This document shows, in pieces, positions 11,157 to 23,939 of a stretch of 64,000 nucleotides of DNA (the first letter of the stretch is position 1; each line of letters starts with the position of its first letter). Position numbers and translations under genes: made by a program. The stretch comes from Torpedo marmorata (lineage: Eukaryota): the NCBI GenBank assembly GCA_977017645.1, contig OZ360239.1, forward strand, positions 26,536,001 through 26,600,000. The letters are read 5' to 3'. Under the pieces are notes generated by a model. That model did not search any database. It was given only the letters and a program-made list of their open reading frames with translations, and had not been told where the DNA came from.

Positions 11157-14100
11157 GTAAGTTGGTAATGAGTGTTTTGCACAAGAATCATTGTGCAATT
11201 GAACATGACTAACTTCTCTGATTGCTGAGGCCAATGAGTCAATAGAAACCTGCATAAAACCTGGGCAAACTCTCCATAACAATGCATCGGTTGAATGAAT
11301 CCTCCTCCACTTTGCACCTAAAACAGGATTTAAAAAAATAATTAATGAAATTGAGAACTTCGACATTTTTTTATTATTATTGTCTATGGGCATAACTGGG
11401 CATTTGAAATTGCATTTGGGTGGTGGGATTGTTGCAGATTTCCCATTGAAAGAGATGAAGCATCTTTCTATTGACCCTACTAACACTACTAACTCATTGA
11501 AATTAGGACTGGTTTTTAAGGAAGCATTTGAATTCTCATTGGACAGGTTCCTCTCAGGAGAATATTCCCCATGGTCAAATTTCTCATTTTTAAAGCAGTC
11601 TTACAGATTGGAATTTTTTTTTGTCAAATTCCATTTCCACCCCTAAGTAGTTTTTTAGAATATTTTTGTAGCTTATAAAATGATTAAATCGTTTGAGTTC
11701 CAATACATCTTATTTACCTGATACTACAATTTCACCTTGAGCAAGAGTCCAGTGATGGTTTGGTTTTGTGGTGTTTAATTATAATCATTCCTTCCATTGT
11801 GCCAGTCCACAGGGATGTGACATTTAAAACAACAATACAAAATTGAAGGAAGGAGTCGCCATCTAAAAGTCGGTGGCGAAGTAACGCATAATTGGACCTT
11901 AGTGTTTGAGATATTCATAATTCTTGGGATTGTTGACAATAACTCTCATGTAGGTTGGTGGTTCACGGCACGACATTTATGCGAGAAAAGGAAAAAAGCT
12001 GTGAAATGACTGCAGCCTCCTTAGTGTTATTAGTGAGGAACGTGGGCAGTTGATTCAATGAAATGATCGAATTAAATATTTTGTGAGCTTGAGGTTTTAA
12101 CATTATGGAATGCACAATATAAAGGACATGCAGCTTTGATCACTTGTAATTTGTAAACCTTGTGGATGGGGAGAGAATGTATTGTGTGTCGGTGTCATAA
12201 GTACATTTGTGTGGATTTCCTCTGCTTGCTATTTCTCTCAAAATAACAAATGGTTTGGAGGGGAGAATCGGAGTATTGTTGGCTGGGAGAAGATGGTAAC
12301 CCTACAGTCCAAGCTGCAGCCTTTCTCTGACCCAACACCATCACTTGGTATTCTAACCAAAGCAACAGCACAAAGGGAGCTGAAAGCTCTTGTTGTGTGC
12401 CAATTCTCAGAACAGTGTTTATATTACCAAGAGCTTTTTTGTCAGCACAGAATCCACGCCATGATTTGGTTTTGCCTTGTAACATTATTGCCTCATTTAT
12501 GACTGAGCCCTACCAGAGTGTGTAGTTCCCAGTTGTGTGGCAGCATTACAGTGTAAGCGAGACATTGTGATTGTCCCTGGAGGATGAATGGCACTCCTCC
12601 CTCCACTGTCAGATGTTCAGTAACCAGTTTTAAGAGCAGTGGCACAAAAAAATTAAGAGGAGAGGAGACTTTGATTCAACTCAACGAATGATAATGTGGA
12701 ATAAATTGACCGAGTGGATGATGAAAACAGATTTCCAGTATTACTTACGGTATAGGTAGGGTCATAAGGAAAGAGCAGCTTCGTAATATAATTGTTCTTG
12801 GACACGATGGGCCAAATGTTCTCCTCAGTGATGTATGATCCCAAATGAAAATGAAAGCTCGTGCCTGCAAACATCTTACAGAACCAGATGAAAAGAACTG
12901 GATTTGTAATGTAATCTGAACATTGGCTACCCATCTCTAAGAAAGGCACAAACTAATTTCTCTGTTTTAATTTGCCACTTTATTTACTGGTATAAAATTT
13001 GAAAACATTGTGAATTAACTGCACCAGTGTCCTGCAACTGAAAAGTTCCCAGACACGAATTGTTTTGACACTTTATATTTAAATGAAGTGGTGCTGGTGG
13101 AGAAATTGCTCTCAAATGGAATGCATTGACTGAAGGAATGTTGAAAGCATATTCTACAGTAACCTGTGATAGAGATGAGAATAGCTGCAAAGGCCATATC
13201 GGCTTCACTCCTGCAATAATTAGGTAAGATAGCTGCACGTTAACTTAAATGGTAGGCCAGTGATGGCGAGCTTGGGGGCGAAATCACAAAAACAAATATA
13301 TAGCATAAATTATGTGGTCTCAGTGGCAGCAAGGACTGATTCAGAATATTGGCGGTTCTGGGTGCAGACACTCTGCTTTCATTACCTTGGGAGATCCACC
13401 TAGCACCATAATCAGCCAGAGCTAAAAGAAAATAACGATGCCCCTTCCTTTGATCATCGCTCTGCAGTAGCATTGCGAAAACCTGTAAATGACAATAGCA
13501 GTGTTTAAATTCTTTGGTCTATTACCAAAGACAACATACATCTCCTCAAAATACACAACACAGTATCATCAACCGCTTGAGTAGCGGAGGTGGTCAAAGT
13601 TCATGAGAAAATATAAAAATGGGGACAGACAGTGTGATGCAGTGATCTTGCTGCTGCATAGCTTTATGATCAGCAATTTTCCTTGTGTGCCTCACCATTC
13701 TCCATATGGGAGCTTTAATAATGAGAACAGACAGATGGGACAACTGAAGGGGCCCTTCCAGTCAGTTTGGATTCAGTGTTGTTCAATGTCAAATGCCCAG
13801 CTGCAGCAAGATTTATTAGATTGCCATTAGGATTGAGAGCATTGCCCGTTCTTTATTTTGCCTCTTTTAAGTGAAGGCCAACTGTAACATTCTCGTGCCA
13901 GGATGAGGTCAGCAAACTCTGTACAGATTCAAGCCAGTGAATTTTGCAGCTCACTGTGACACTGTAGAGTGATGCTAGCAGCAGATAAACATTAGATTCT
14001 TAATGCTGTATATACTACATGGGTTTTGAAGTGAATTGCAGATAATGATTAACAGACGGGCAAGTCCGCCATTATGTTCCCTGTCATACACTTCACTTGC

Positions 14101-14874
14101 ACCTCCCCTCTTGTACAGAGGGCAAACGTGATAAAAGGTAATTTTATAACTTGAAACCACTGAGGTAATTTGTGTTGACTTTGAAATCTTGGCAAGTTGC
14201 CAATGCACATTCTTGTGTAATGTCTCGTGCTGGTTTGAGTGCACTTAAAATACACTTCCATTTGCCCTGGAATGCTGCATTGATTCTTGGGTTAAGGTGG
14301 CAATCCAGTATTTCTGAATTTGAGACAACCATAATCAAAGTATGTTCTAATTTGCAGTTTACCAAAATATAAATTAATTGGTCTTGATATGAGTGTACAT
14401 TTGTGAGCGAGTTACTGCTTAATCAAAAGCAAATTATTTTGGAATTGCGCTTTTATATTCAAAGTACCTAGCCCACATCTCACTTTATACTGTGTGGACA
14501 TTTTTTTGCCTCTTTTGTTCATTGAATAAGAATGTTGCTGACAAGGCCAACATTGTTGCCCACCCTGAACTTACTTTGAATTGAGTGGCTTCCTCAGTCT
14601 TTTCGAAACCCAGTGAAGATTCAGCCACATTGCTGTGGGTTTTGAATCTCGTGTTCTGTTGAGGACATCAAATTTCATTAGTGAATCAGCCGTGAATTTG
14701 ACGGTAGTCCAGTTGCTTGAGGAGCAACATTGTTGAAGCTGCAATCCTAATTTATCTCAGTAACAGAATTTAAATTCATCAGCTGTTGCATAGAATTTAA
14801 ACAAGATCATTAGTTCAGGCCTCTACCGCAGTCATTTGTGTTTTGCTCCAACTTGGTTGCTTCAGTGATATTAC

Positions 14875-14897
14875 AGAGAGAGAGAGAGAGAGAGAGA
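14875..14897. repeat. (AG)n microsatellite
   Basis: agagagagagagagagagagaga. Confidence 0.95.
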
Positions 14898-15430
14898 TTC
14901 TTGCAGATTTGAACCCTTTCCTTTACTTAATGGATTGTTACTTCTGGTGAGCTGTCAATTAGTCCAGACAAGGAAAAAGGACAAAATGCAGAACAAGTGC
15001 ATTGTGTGTTTTCCAAGAAATATATTTTTGCTCCGATCCCCTTTACTAAACTGAAACAATTAAAGGAAAACAGTCCCATTGTGCACTCTTGGAAGCTCTC
15101 TCTATATATATATATATGTGTGTGTGTGTATAAAAATAATTTTAATATCAGCATTAACCATTTGTATGTCTTAGCTCATGCTTTGTTGATGTGTTTTGTC
15201 CCAATGTTTTCCTGATATGTATCTGTTTCATTATGACATGTATGGGAATATTTTGTTCAATGTAATGTGACCTTTATTTGATAAAAAAGTGAGTTTTTTC
15301 TCATTCATTTATGTCCCAGAAATAAACCAAGGTTTATGGTGAGGTATTTTTGAGACTTAATCAATTTCTATCTGATGTAATCCAGAAAGTTTTACATGTT
15401 TATTTTTTCTTTTTTTTTATTATCTCACAG

Positions 15431-15466
15431 TCGCCAAGGACACTTTCCCCCACACCTTCAGCTGAG
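15431..15466 (+). CDS. ABLIM1: ABLIM1 coding exon (36 nt, phase 0-0): SPRTLSPTPSAE
   Basis: Long T tract then tatctcacag, donor GAG/gttagt; identical to remembered human peptide. Confidence 0.95.
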
Positions 15467-16439
15467 GTTAGTATATCACTTCACATTCACCTCTCAGCCT
15501 TCTCTACTTGATCTTCTTTTGCTTCATGCAATAGTGAGAACTTTAGTGTATCAGTGGCATTGTGAAGTTCTGTTGAACAGTTCTCGAGGGGTGCTGAAGC
15601 AAAGCACATCGCAGTGGAGCCCAATGCAACTACTCTTCTAGAGATGAAAGAAGAACTGTTTGTGCTGGAAATCTCAAATGAAAATAATAATTGCTGAAAA
15701 TATGCAGCAAAGGTCATCAGATGGATTTGACTGATTATAATTCACTTTCGTTTTGCTCTGCCTCTCATATTTCAAATCAAAGATGCAAATTACTGTTGCC
15801 TCAGTTTCGCAACACAAATCCTCGAGGAAAGAATATCACCAGAAAGGGTATTATTAGTCCTCTCATTATGTTCTGTCTATGCAACAATGACAACAATATC
15901 TCTTGCTCTGAAAAGAAAACATTCTGTTGATAATTGCTTTCTGGATTTGGGTGACTGGATGTTTGCTTTTTATTGGTGAGTGCACCTTAATTTGAAAAAG
16001 AAATACGTGGACTGATCCATTAAATACATGCACATTACCAGCAGGTGCCTATTAAATGGATCTCACAGTAGTTTACCCTGTGGATTTTCATAGATGCTTT
16101 CATATATATTTTCACTAAAGGAGAATACAATGGGCCAGATCTTTCTGGCTCATGCCCCTGCCAAGGATTGTCACTGGTGATCCACGCCTCCTGTATTGAC
16201 CTAGCCCCAGTCGCACATCCCAGAATCCAAAAGAGTGCTCCAGACAGTATCAGGATCTCCAGCAGAATAGTGAGGATGCCCCATGCATGAAACTGCCCTG
16301 AAAGCTTTGACAGCTGGCAACCCCATCCACAGGCTTCTTGCCTGCCAATCAAAGCGGGGAGAAGATTTTAAATGTTGAGAGGATTTGCTTCCTCCACTTC
16401 CTTCCGATTCCAGCTCGTTTCTTTGTGAAAACATTCCCT

Positions 16440-16990
16440 CTCGGATCCCCTCCAAACCTCCTCCTTCTCACCTTGGATCAATGCTTTTATTTTAGACATC
16501 CCACCAAGGAAAAATGAGTCTTAGCATCTACCCTATCTATTCCCTTCATAATGGAATACACATCATCCTTCTCTCCATGAAGGACAAAACCAGTCTATTC
16601 AATCTCTCCTTATTACTGAAGTGCTCCAAACCAGGTAGTGTTTTGGTTACAATAAAAACACAGAAATAATGGAGGAACTCAGCAGGTCTTGCAGTGTCCA
16701 TAGAAGGTAAAGATATATTACCGACATATCAAGGTATGAAGAAGGGCTCAGGCCCGAAACGTCGGTAATATATCTTTACCTCCTGTGGATGCTGCAAGAC
16801 CTGCTGAGTTCCTCCGGCATTTCAGTGGTTTTACTATAATCACAGCGTCTGCAGACTTTCGTGCTTCACAAAGTTTGGTGAATCTCCTTTGCACCTGCTC
16901 CACTGCATTTGCATCCTTTCTACAGTGTGGTGATCAGAACTGTGCACAATACTCAAGTGTAACCTGACTAGTGTTTTCTAAAGATCGAAC
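16440..16990 (-). mobile_element. Old CR1 fragment interrupted by a Penelope-end fold-back insertion
   Basis: ccaggtagtgttttggt (16645) resumes as ttggtgaatctcctttgcacctgctcc...cagaactgtgcacaatactc (16875-16955). Confidence 0.65.
16652..16870. mobile_element. Fold-back element made of two inverted Penelope 3' termini, with hammerhead-like motif in the loop
   Basis: ggaggaactcagcaggtcttgcag...gatatattaccgac (16671-16725) pairs with gtcggtaatatatc...gacctgctgagttcctcc (16761-16815); TGAAGA-agggctcaggccc-GAAACGTC at about 16737-16763. Confidence 0.8.
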
Positions 16991-17629
16991 CTGGCACGGG
17001 ATCAGGGAGGCAATTTTCCCAGCATAATCTCTGTGGAGCCCAGCAGTAGAGTGAAGCAACAGTTTCAGTCTTCTTACTGTAAGAACCACAGACTAGCAGC
17101 TATTTAAATAGCTAAAGCCAATGGCCCCATCAGAATTGTCTAGGAAAATCAAGAAACATGAGATAATCGGTCAGATATCATTTGTGTCTCTGGAGGAGGC
17201 AAATGGCTGTCAGCAACATGAAGAATTGTCATTACATGGCCACTGTAATTATTTTGCCTGTTGCTTTAAACAAATAAATCCTCATGAAATCAATAGTACC
17301 ACAATTGTCTGGAGCACTTACAAATACTGGATTCTGATAACTCTTAAAATGTACAAAGCAATATGCACCAAGCCATGTGACATACTATTTCCTGTTGAAA
17401 TTGGTGATTATATTTTTAAAAATCTTCTCGCATCTTGTAACAAATTGTGGTAGAGGAGCAGGTAGCACTGTCATTAGAGCAGAGAATGTTGCAGCACAGT
17501 ACAGGTCCTTCAGCCCCACCATGTTATGCTGACCAATGTAAACCTACTCCATAACAATCTAATTTTTCATTGCCTCACGCCCATAACCCCTTATTTTTCT
17601 TGCATCATTTCGTATATTTTCTTAGCTTT

Positions 17630-18327
17630 TTAAAAAAATATTTTATTTAAAATTTTTAAATCACAAAATACATAAAATAAAATATAAAATTATCAAAATA
17701 TTTGTGATACATTTTCACCCCTCCCTCCCTCCCCAACCCCACTAATCTAATAAAAATAAAAATATAAAATAAAAATAGAAAAAGAAGAAGAAAAAAAGAA
17801 AGAAAAAGATAGAGAAAGGAGAATGCCAATCTATAAACTAATTCTATTATGGAGGTCAAGTATGCCAGTAGATCCGATATCCAGAGATCTTCAAATCCTT
17901 AAACCAACAACTTTCATATATGGGCTCCAAATTTTTAAGAAGAAATGATATTTGTTACGTAAATTATAAGTAATTTTTCAAGTGGTATACACGAACGAAG
18001 TTCTGCATGCCATCTTTCTAATCCTAAATATAAATCAGATTTCCATGTAATAGCAATACATTTCTTTGAAACAGCTAAAGCAATTCGCAAAAATTCTATT
18101 TGATACATATTTAATTTCATCTTGATACTAAATTTTCTAATATCTCCGATCAAAAATATCATAGGATCCATTGGAAATGTAATCTTAAATACTTTGTCTA
18201 AAAAATTTTTAACTTTCAACCAAAAATCATAAACTTTTGGACAAAACCATGTAGAATGTACAAAAGACCCTTCCTCTTTATTACATCTAAAACATAAACC
18301 TGATAATATCAGATTAAATTTCTTTAA
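17630..18327 (-). mobile_element. 5'-truncated L1-clade LINE with 14-bp TSD
   Basis: ORF 17935-18219 (IALAVSKKCIAITWKSD); TSD attttcttagcttt at 17616-17629 and 18328-18341. Confidence 0.9.
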
Positions 18328-19660
18328 ATTTTCTTAGCTTTCTTTATGCTCTTTGTAACGCGCCATGTGGGAAAGTCTCAAACTCGCATATCACAACTCC
18401 AGGCGCAGTGAGATGATAGATGACCAGCCCTGAGCCATTGGGAGTTCTAGGCCACTGAGGCGTTTTTGAAGTGTTGTGTGACTTGCTAAATCTGACAGCA
18501 GTGTTTCTGCCTGTGAGATACAAGCGATACACAAGGAGAAAGCCATGCTGTGTCACTGCTGACTCGGGCTTCTGAAATGTCTCCAGGAATAAACATGTCC
18601 AGGATTGCTCCTAACATGGGGTCATGGCTGCCACGGGCATTTCACAGACTTCACTAATTGATAAATTATGGATATAAATTATGGATATTTTCAGAGGCCG
18701 CTGACCGGGGCCTTCAGAAAACATACTGCTTTCGTGTAATATCAACCACCACATCATCAAATTGACCTACTGATGATATGACTATAAATATAGGTTGTAT
18801 GGTGCAATATTCAGCCTTACAACTTCAATTGAATGAAGTATCTCATTGCAAATCAAATATTGACTCCTCTCAAGAATTTTTTCCTACTATCTCACCGGCA
18901 TGGTTTGTTTCACCCCTTCTATTCTTGTATCTGAAAAATATTGAATAAAATGGAAGGCCCAAGAAAGGCAGGTGTTAAAGTCTGACTGCCCTTCCAAATC
19001 CTCTTCCAAAACTCTTTCTCCTTCTTCTTACCTACTTCTCTTCCTTGGATCATTTCCTGCTTGGTCTCTTCCTCCCTCTGTTGTGATGCCCCACATTGTC
19101 GAGATGACTTTGTTGTGGCTTTTCTTTCAGTTAAAATGAGTCATTAAGTTAGCTTTGAATAATGCTGCAATTTATTTTTTACTTGACATGTTTCACTTGA
19201 CTCGCTGGCAACTGTTGTGCTGTGTTCTTGTTCTTTTCACTGGAATGAAGTAATAATGATTTCTGACAAAATGAGGGGGGGGAAACTGTTTCTTGGAGCT
19301 TTCTGGCTGTTTGATTTTAACTGAGAACTCTGCGCCTCATCTATCAATAATGTTAAAGGAAGGTTGGGGGACCATTGCTTAGAACGTCTTTGCAAAGCCA
19401 ATGTTAATCAAGCAATATTGACGTGGAAGCGCAATATTTCCACGTTGGCGCCATACAAAAACAGGGTTTCAATGAAAAGGTGGTTCAATACGATTATCAA
19501 TCTGCTTAAAAGGCTCCAAACTGATCCAACTAAAGATTTACTCAAAGTAAAAGCCCAAGTATATCTACCATTGCATTGATCTGCTGGTAGTTTGTTTCAG
19601 CACAAATGCTCTCCATGAGGTACAGCTGAAAGAATTCACTGATCAATGCTATTTGCTCTA

Positions 19661-19873
19661 CAGTAAAACCCCTGGTATTCGGCACCTAATGGGGATTGGT
19701 AGATGCTGGATAAGAGTATTTTCCAGTCGCTTGAGTTTGCGTGTTGCATGATTGTTGAACTAACTAAAATTACGTGCCAATTTTTTACCTATTTGTTTTC
19801 CTCGATTTTTTTTTTTCACTGGTTGCTTGAGGCTGCTGGTTGCTTGAATTCCGGATAACAGGGGTTTTTACTG
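19661..19873. mobile_element. Tc1/mariner-type MITE, second copy
   Basis: TA|cagtaaaacccctggtattcgg ... ccggataacaggggtttttactg|TA. Confidence 0.85.
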
Positions 19874-20433
19874 TAGTAGGTGAATGCAATCCCAGAAGTT
19901 GTGTAATTCACCGAAACAATTTGCTTGTGACACGCCAAATATTTGGAATTTGCTGCACATTTCAAAAGCAATACAGGCTTGAAGTTTATAGACCTGTGTC
20001 AAGATCAAGAAAAGAAAGGGATTTGACAAAGGAAGTGGCCAATGTTACAGAGAAATTATGATCCATAAATAATAATCTTTACACAGGATTGTATTCTGTA
20101 GTAGAGTTTTTGTTTGCTCATTCTCACTTACCAAGTGTATTTTTTAAATTATTAAAATTAATGTACACATTAACAAAACCAACTACTTCAAAAAAAAATT
20201 ACAGTTTAAATATAGACCTGAAGATAACATAGTGAAATTATACTGAAACCACTTTGGGATGCAGGCTAGTAGATATTCCTTATGCCCTTTTGCTCGCACT
20301 TTACAAAGTACAATGCAGGTACAAGATGGGCTGAATGAAGGGAGTAGATATGAGATTATAAACCAGAAATTATTGTGATTTGATATTATTCATGTCTCAC
20401 TGTTCAGAGTCCAGTGATCATATAGCATAGAAA

Positions 20434-21465
20434 TGTCTGCTTTTTCCACAAACGTGGCTTCCCCTCCACCACCATCAACTCAGCCCTCACCCGCATCTCC
20501 TCCATTTCCCGCTCATCTGCCCTGGCCCCCTCTGCCCCCAGACACAACAAACATAGAATCCCCCTCATCCTCACCTACCACCCCACCAGCCTCCGCATCC
20601 AACACATTATCCGCCGGAATTTCCGGCACTTGCTGCAGGATCCCACCACCAGACACATTTTTCCTTCTCCTCCCCTCTCGGCCTTCCGTAGGGACCGCTC
20701 CCTCCGTGATTCACTCGTGCACTCGTCCCTCCCCACCCATCGCACCCCCGGCACCTTCCCCTGCGCCCGCAGGAGGTGCAACACCTGCGCGCACACCTCC
20801 CCCCTCACCACGGTCCAGGGCCCCAAACAGGCCTTCCAAGTGAAGCAACACTTCACTTGTACATCCAGAGGACTTATTTACTGCATCCGGTGCTCCCTTT
20901 GTGGCCTTCTATACATTGGAGAGACCGGTCGCAGATTGGGAGATCGCTTCGCTCAGCACCTCCGCTCGGTTCGCAACAACAGCGACCTCCCGGTGGCCAA
21001 CCATTTCAATTCTGGGTCACACTCCCACACTCACATGTCTGTCCATGGCCTCATGTACCATCCCACCCATACTACCCGCAAATTGGAGGAACAACATCTC
21101 ATATTCCGTCTCGGCACTCTCCAGCCAGATGGAATTAACATTGACTTTTCTGCTTTCCACTAAACCTGTTTGTTGTTCCCTTCCCCTCCCCCTCACCTGT
21201 CCTTCCTGGTTTCCTCTAGCTACCCAGCCACCCCTCCTCCCCCTCTTTACTGCTGTCCCCTCCCTCCTTTCTCCACCTATCATCTCCTGCCTTTGCCACC
21301 CCCCCCCTTCCCCCCTCACTCCTTTGTTCGGACGTCTGCCGGCATTTTCTCATACTTTGAAGAAGGGCTCAAGCCCGAAACGTCGGTTATGTATTTCCTC
21401 CTTTGCTACATAAAAGACACTGTTTGACCTGCTGAGTTCTCCAGCTTTTGTGTTTTTTACTATAA
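20434..21465 (+). mobile_element. Penelope-like element (Neptune type), 5'-truncated: RT C-terminus, Cys linker, GIY-YIG endonuclease, 3' UTR
   Basis: ORF 20630-21163 PCARRRCNTC...GLIYCIRCSLCGLLYIGETGR...QPDGIN; flanking direct repeat agcatagaaa (20424-20433, 21466-21475). Confidence 0.93.
21351..21391 (+). ncRNA. Minimal hammerhead ribozyme motif in Penelope 3' UTR
   Basis: catact-TTGAAGA-a-GGGC-tcaa-GCCC-GAAAC-GTC-ggttatg. Confidence 0.65.
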
Positions 21466-21835
21466 AGCATAGAAAAGGCCATTTGCATCTGCATTTACAC
21501 TAATCCTTATTTTTATTTCCCCACATTCCCAGAGTCTACAATGAACACATATATTTGTACGTTTATTATACTGAGAGTGACTTCTATTCAAAATGAATCA
21601 TTTACTCCATCTTTAAATATTTCTTCCAATCGCACCAGATGATGTAAAACATAGAGGAATGATTTTTATTCTGATCACTTTCAAGAGAGGCTGTTAATTT
21701 GGAACTGAGGCCCATTCCCACTGATCAGAAAGTCGTTCTGCTTTGAGCTGGAATTGGCAAAGTGAGAATTGTGAGAGTCTTTCCAAATGTCATCTTTCCT
21801 TTCCCCGCATTCTGGTCAGCTTAAGTGTCTTTCTT

Positions 21836-21910
21836 TTCTTTTTAAAATATTTTTATTGATTTTAATAAAGAACTTAGACACAGAAAGGTATAAACCAGTA
21901 TAATCCAGTG
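21836..21910 (-). mobile_element. 75-bp extremely 5'-truncated poly-A retroinsertion (probably L1 3' end)
   Basis: 14-bp TSD taagtgtctttctt (21822-21835, 21911-21924); minus strand ends aataaaaatattttaaaaagaa like the other L1 tails. Confidence 0.8.
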
Positions 21911-22010
21911 TAAGTGTCTTTCTTACACTATAGATCTCAATAAAGGTAAAATAAGCAAGCCTTGGGTTTCCAGTAATCAATCACTTCAATCAGAACAGAC
22001 CTCATCACTG

Positions 22011-22119
22011 ATAGTTGTTATCACCAGCCACAGGAGATAATGTCCTCTTCCCTCAGCACTCTGTCATCATGCACAGTGTTCTCAGACCATTATCTCCTGT
22101 GCCTGGTGATAACAACTAT
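22011..22119. repeat. 109-bp hairpin / small MITE
   Basis: Arms 22011-22042 and 22088-22119 pair at 31 of 32 positions; flanked by catcactg / gatcactg. Confidence 0.85.
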
Positions 22120-22578
22120 GATCACTGGTGCAAGTTGTAGGTAAGACATCAAATCTTGCAAAGACATTCTGCTGATTATAGAATCAGTCGTAAAGAACAG
22201 TCTTGAGATTATTATTTCCACCAAGACGAACCGAGAATTGCCTGCATTAAATTCATAATCTTGTTGTACATGTAGGAATACAAAAACTGGAACATTTCCT
22301 TGAAACTGTTCGAAAATTCAGTTAGTTCCATGTGTCAACTTCATTTCCTCAGCTTTGTTCCATATCAAACTCATAGTCACTGAATGTAATGAAGTGGGAT
22401 ATGCATACTATGTTTCGTAACAATGGTTCCTGAGGGCATGGGATTCTTTCTTTCTTCTTTTCAGTGATCTGGTCTTCACAAAGTAAGCTGTCAGACCCTA
22501 CTGAAAGCTAATTGGTGCTGGGTAATTAGACATTGTGTAACAGCATCTTAGGGATCCAATATTCTTGTGCACGTACTT

Positions 22579-23454
22579 AGCCTCTTTCACATTGGCTAAC
22601 CAGTAAATTGGCCGTTCAGTGTCCCGGTTAAAGAAGCCGTTTTTGCCGTTCACACTGGGCCAATGTTAACCAGGACACGGCGTCCTTTCACACTCATCAC
22701 AAGGCATCCCTGGGGATAGGGGAGTTATCCTCCACCGGTGACATCTGAGTGACGCATCGAGCGATGGTGGACCTGCCCTAAATCCTGATCATGTACAGCA
22801 CAGTATGAGCCCTTCAGCCCCTGTTGTTGTGCCGACCTATATAAACCTTTATAAATTTATAAAGGACCGTGAGAAAGTTGTAGCTGCAATAGCGGACAAT
22901 TTATAAAGACCGTGGGAACAATAGCGCACCATAAGACCATGGGGACAATAGCGCACAATTTATAAAGAAAACGTGGGAAAGAGAAATGGCGGACCTGCCC
23001 TCCCAGAATTCCATGCGGCAGAGAAAGAGCTGTATGCACGGAGCACTCATGGAGGGGTTTCTCTGCCGTACGGAATTCTGGGAGGGCACGTCCGCCATCG
23101 CTCTCTCTCTCTCTCTCTGCGACTTTCCCATGGTTCTTTTGAAATTTATTAAGGTTTATGTAGGTCGGCAAAGTTTATACCTTTTTAATCCTTTGTTTCC
23201 TTCACGTTCATGCACTCACGCAAAAACGTCATCGAAGCGTCACTACTTTGTCCCTGGATAGTAAGTGTCCCTTTCACACTGGGCTAATCAGCACGCAGGC
23301 GTCAGTTGACGCCGGGGATGAGAGTAGGGGTCGAGGCCGTCCATCCCCGGCGTGATTTGACGCCGGCGTGCCGATTAAATCGCTTTCACACTGGACCCTT
23401 AACCGGTAAATTGGCCGTCAATCACTAGGACAAGGTGCCAGTGTGAAAGGGGCT
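22579..23454. mobile_element. Non-autonomous DNA transposon, PIF/Harbinger-like, with internal palindrome
   Basis: TIRs agcctctttcacattggc / gccagtgtgaaaggggct (16 of 18); repeated subterminal ttcacact motifs; CpG-rich relative to flanks. Confidence 0.75.
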
Positions 23455-23809
23455 GCTGATTGGCTTCATGGAAGTGCAGCATGACTCTGAGAACTGTGTA
23501 ATGTAGTTAATTAAATCTTCAGTGCCAGTCATCCAAGTGGCAAGAAATCTATTATAATGCAGTGGTCTTTGAGTATATAATGTAAGAGATGTATGATCCC
23601 TTTTCGGTGGACTTGGCTGTAGAGTGTGATGTATTTGGCTTTTATCAGTGATACAGTCCTACCATTCTGGTCTCTGGGTCTGTACATTTCACAGTACAAT
23701 TCTTCTAAGCCTTCTAGCAGAAATGTCTCCATCTCTGTTTAAAACATGATTTTGTTTGACTCTCTTGCTTGTCTGAGCTGAGAATGTAATATATGCAAAT
23801 TTATTTCAG

Positions 23810-23939
23810 GGATACCACGAAGCTCGTGATCGACTAATGCACAGGTCCTCGAGTCAGGGTTCCATCGGCTCTCCCGTCTACAATCGTCACTGCTATACAC
23901 CCACTGTTGCCCGCTCTCCACAGCACTTTCACAGGCCTG
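23810..23939 (+). CDS. ABLIM1: ABLIM1 coding exon (130 nt, phase 0-1): GYHEARDRLMHRSSSQGSIGSPVYNRHCYTPTVARSPQHFHRP
   Basis: Acceptor ttatttcag, donor CTG/gtaagt; matches human GYQDVRDRMIHRSTSQGSINSPVYSRHSYTPTTSRSPQHFHRP. Confidence 0.96.
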
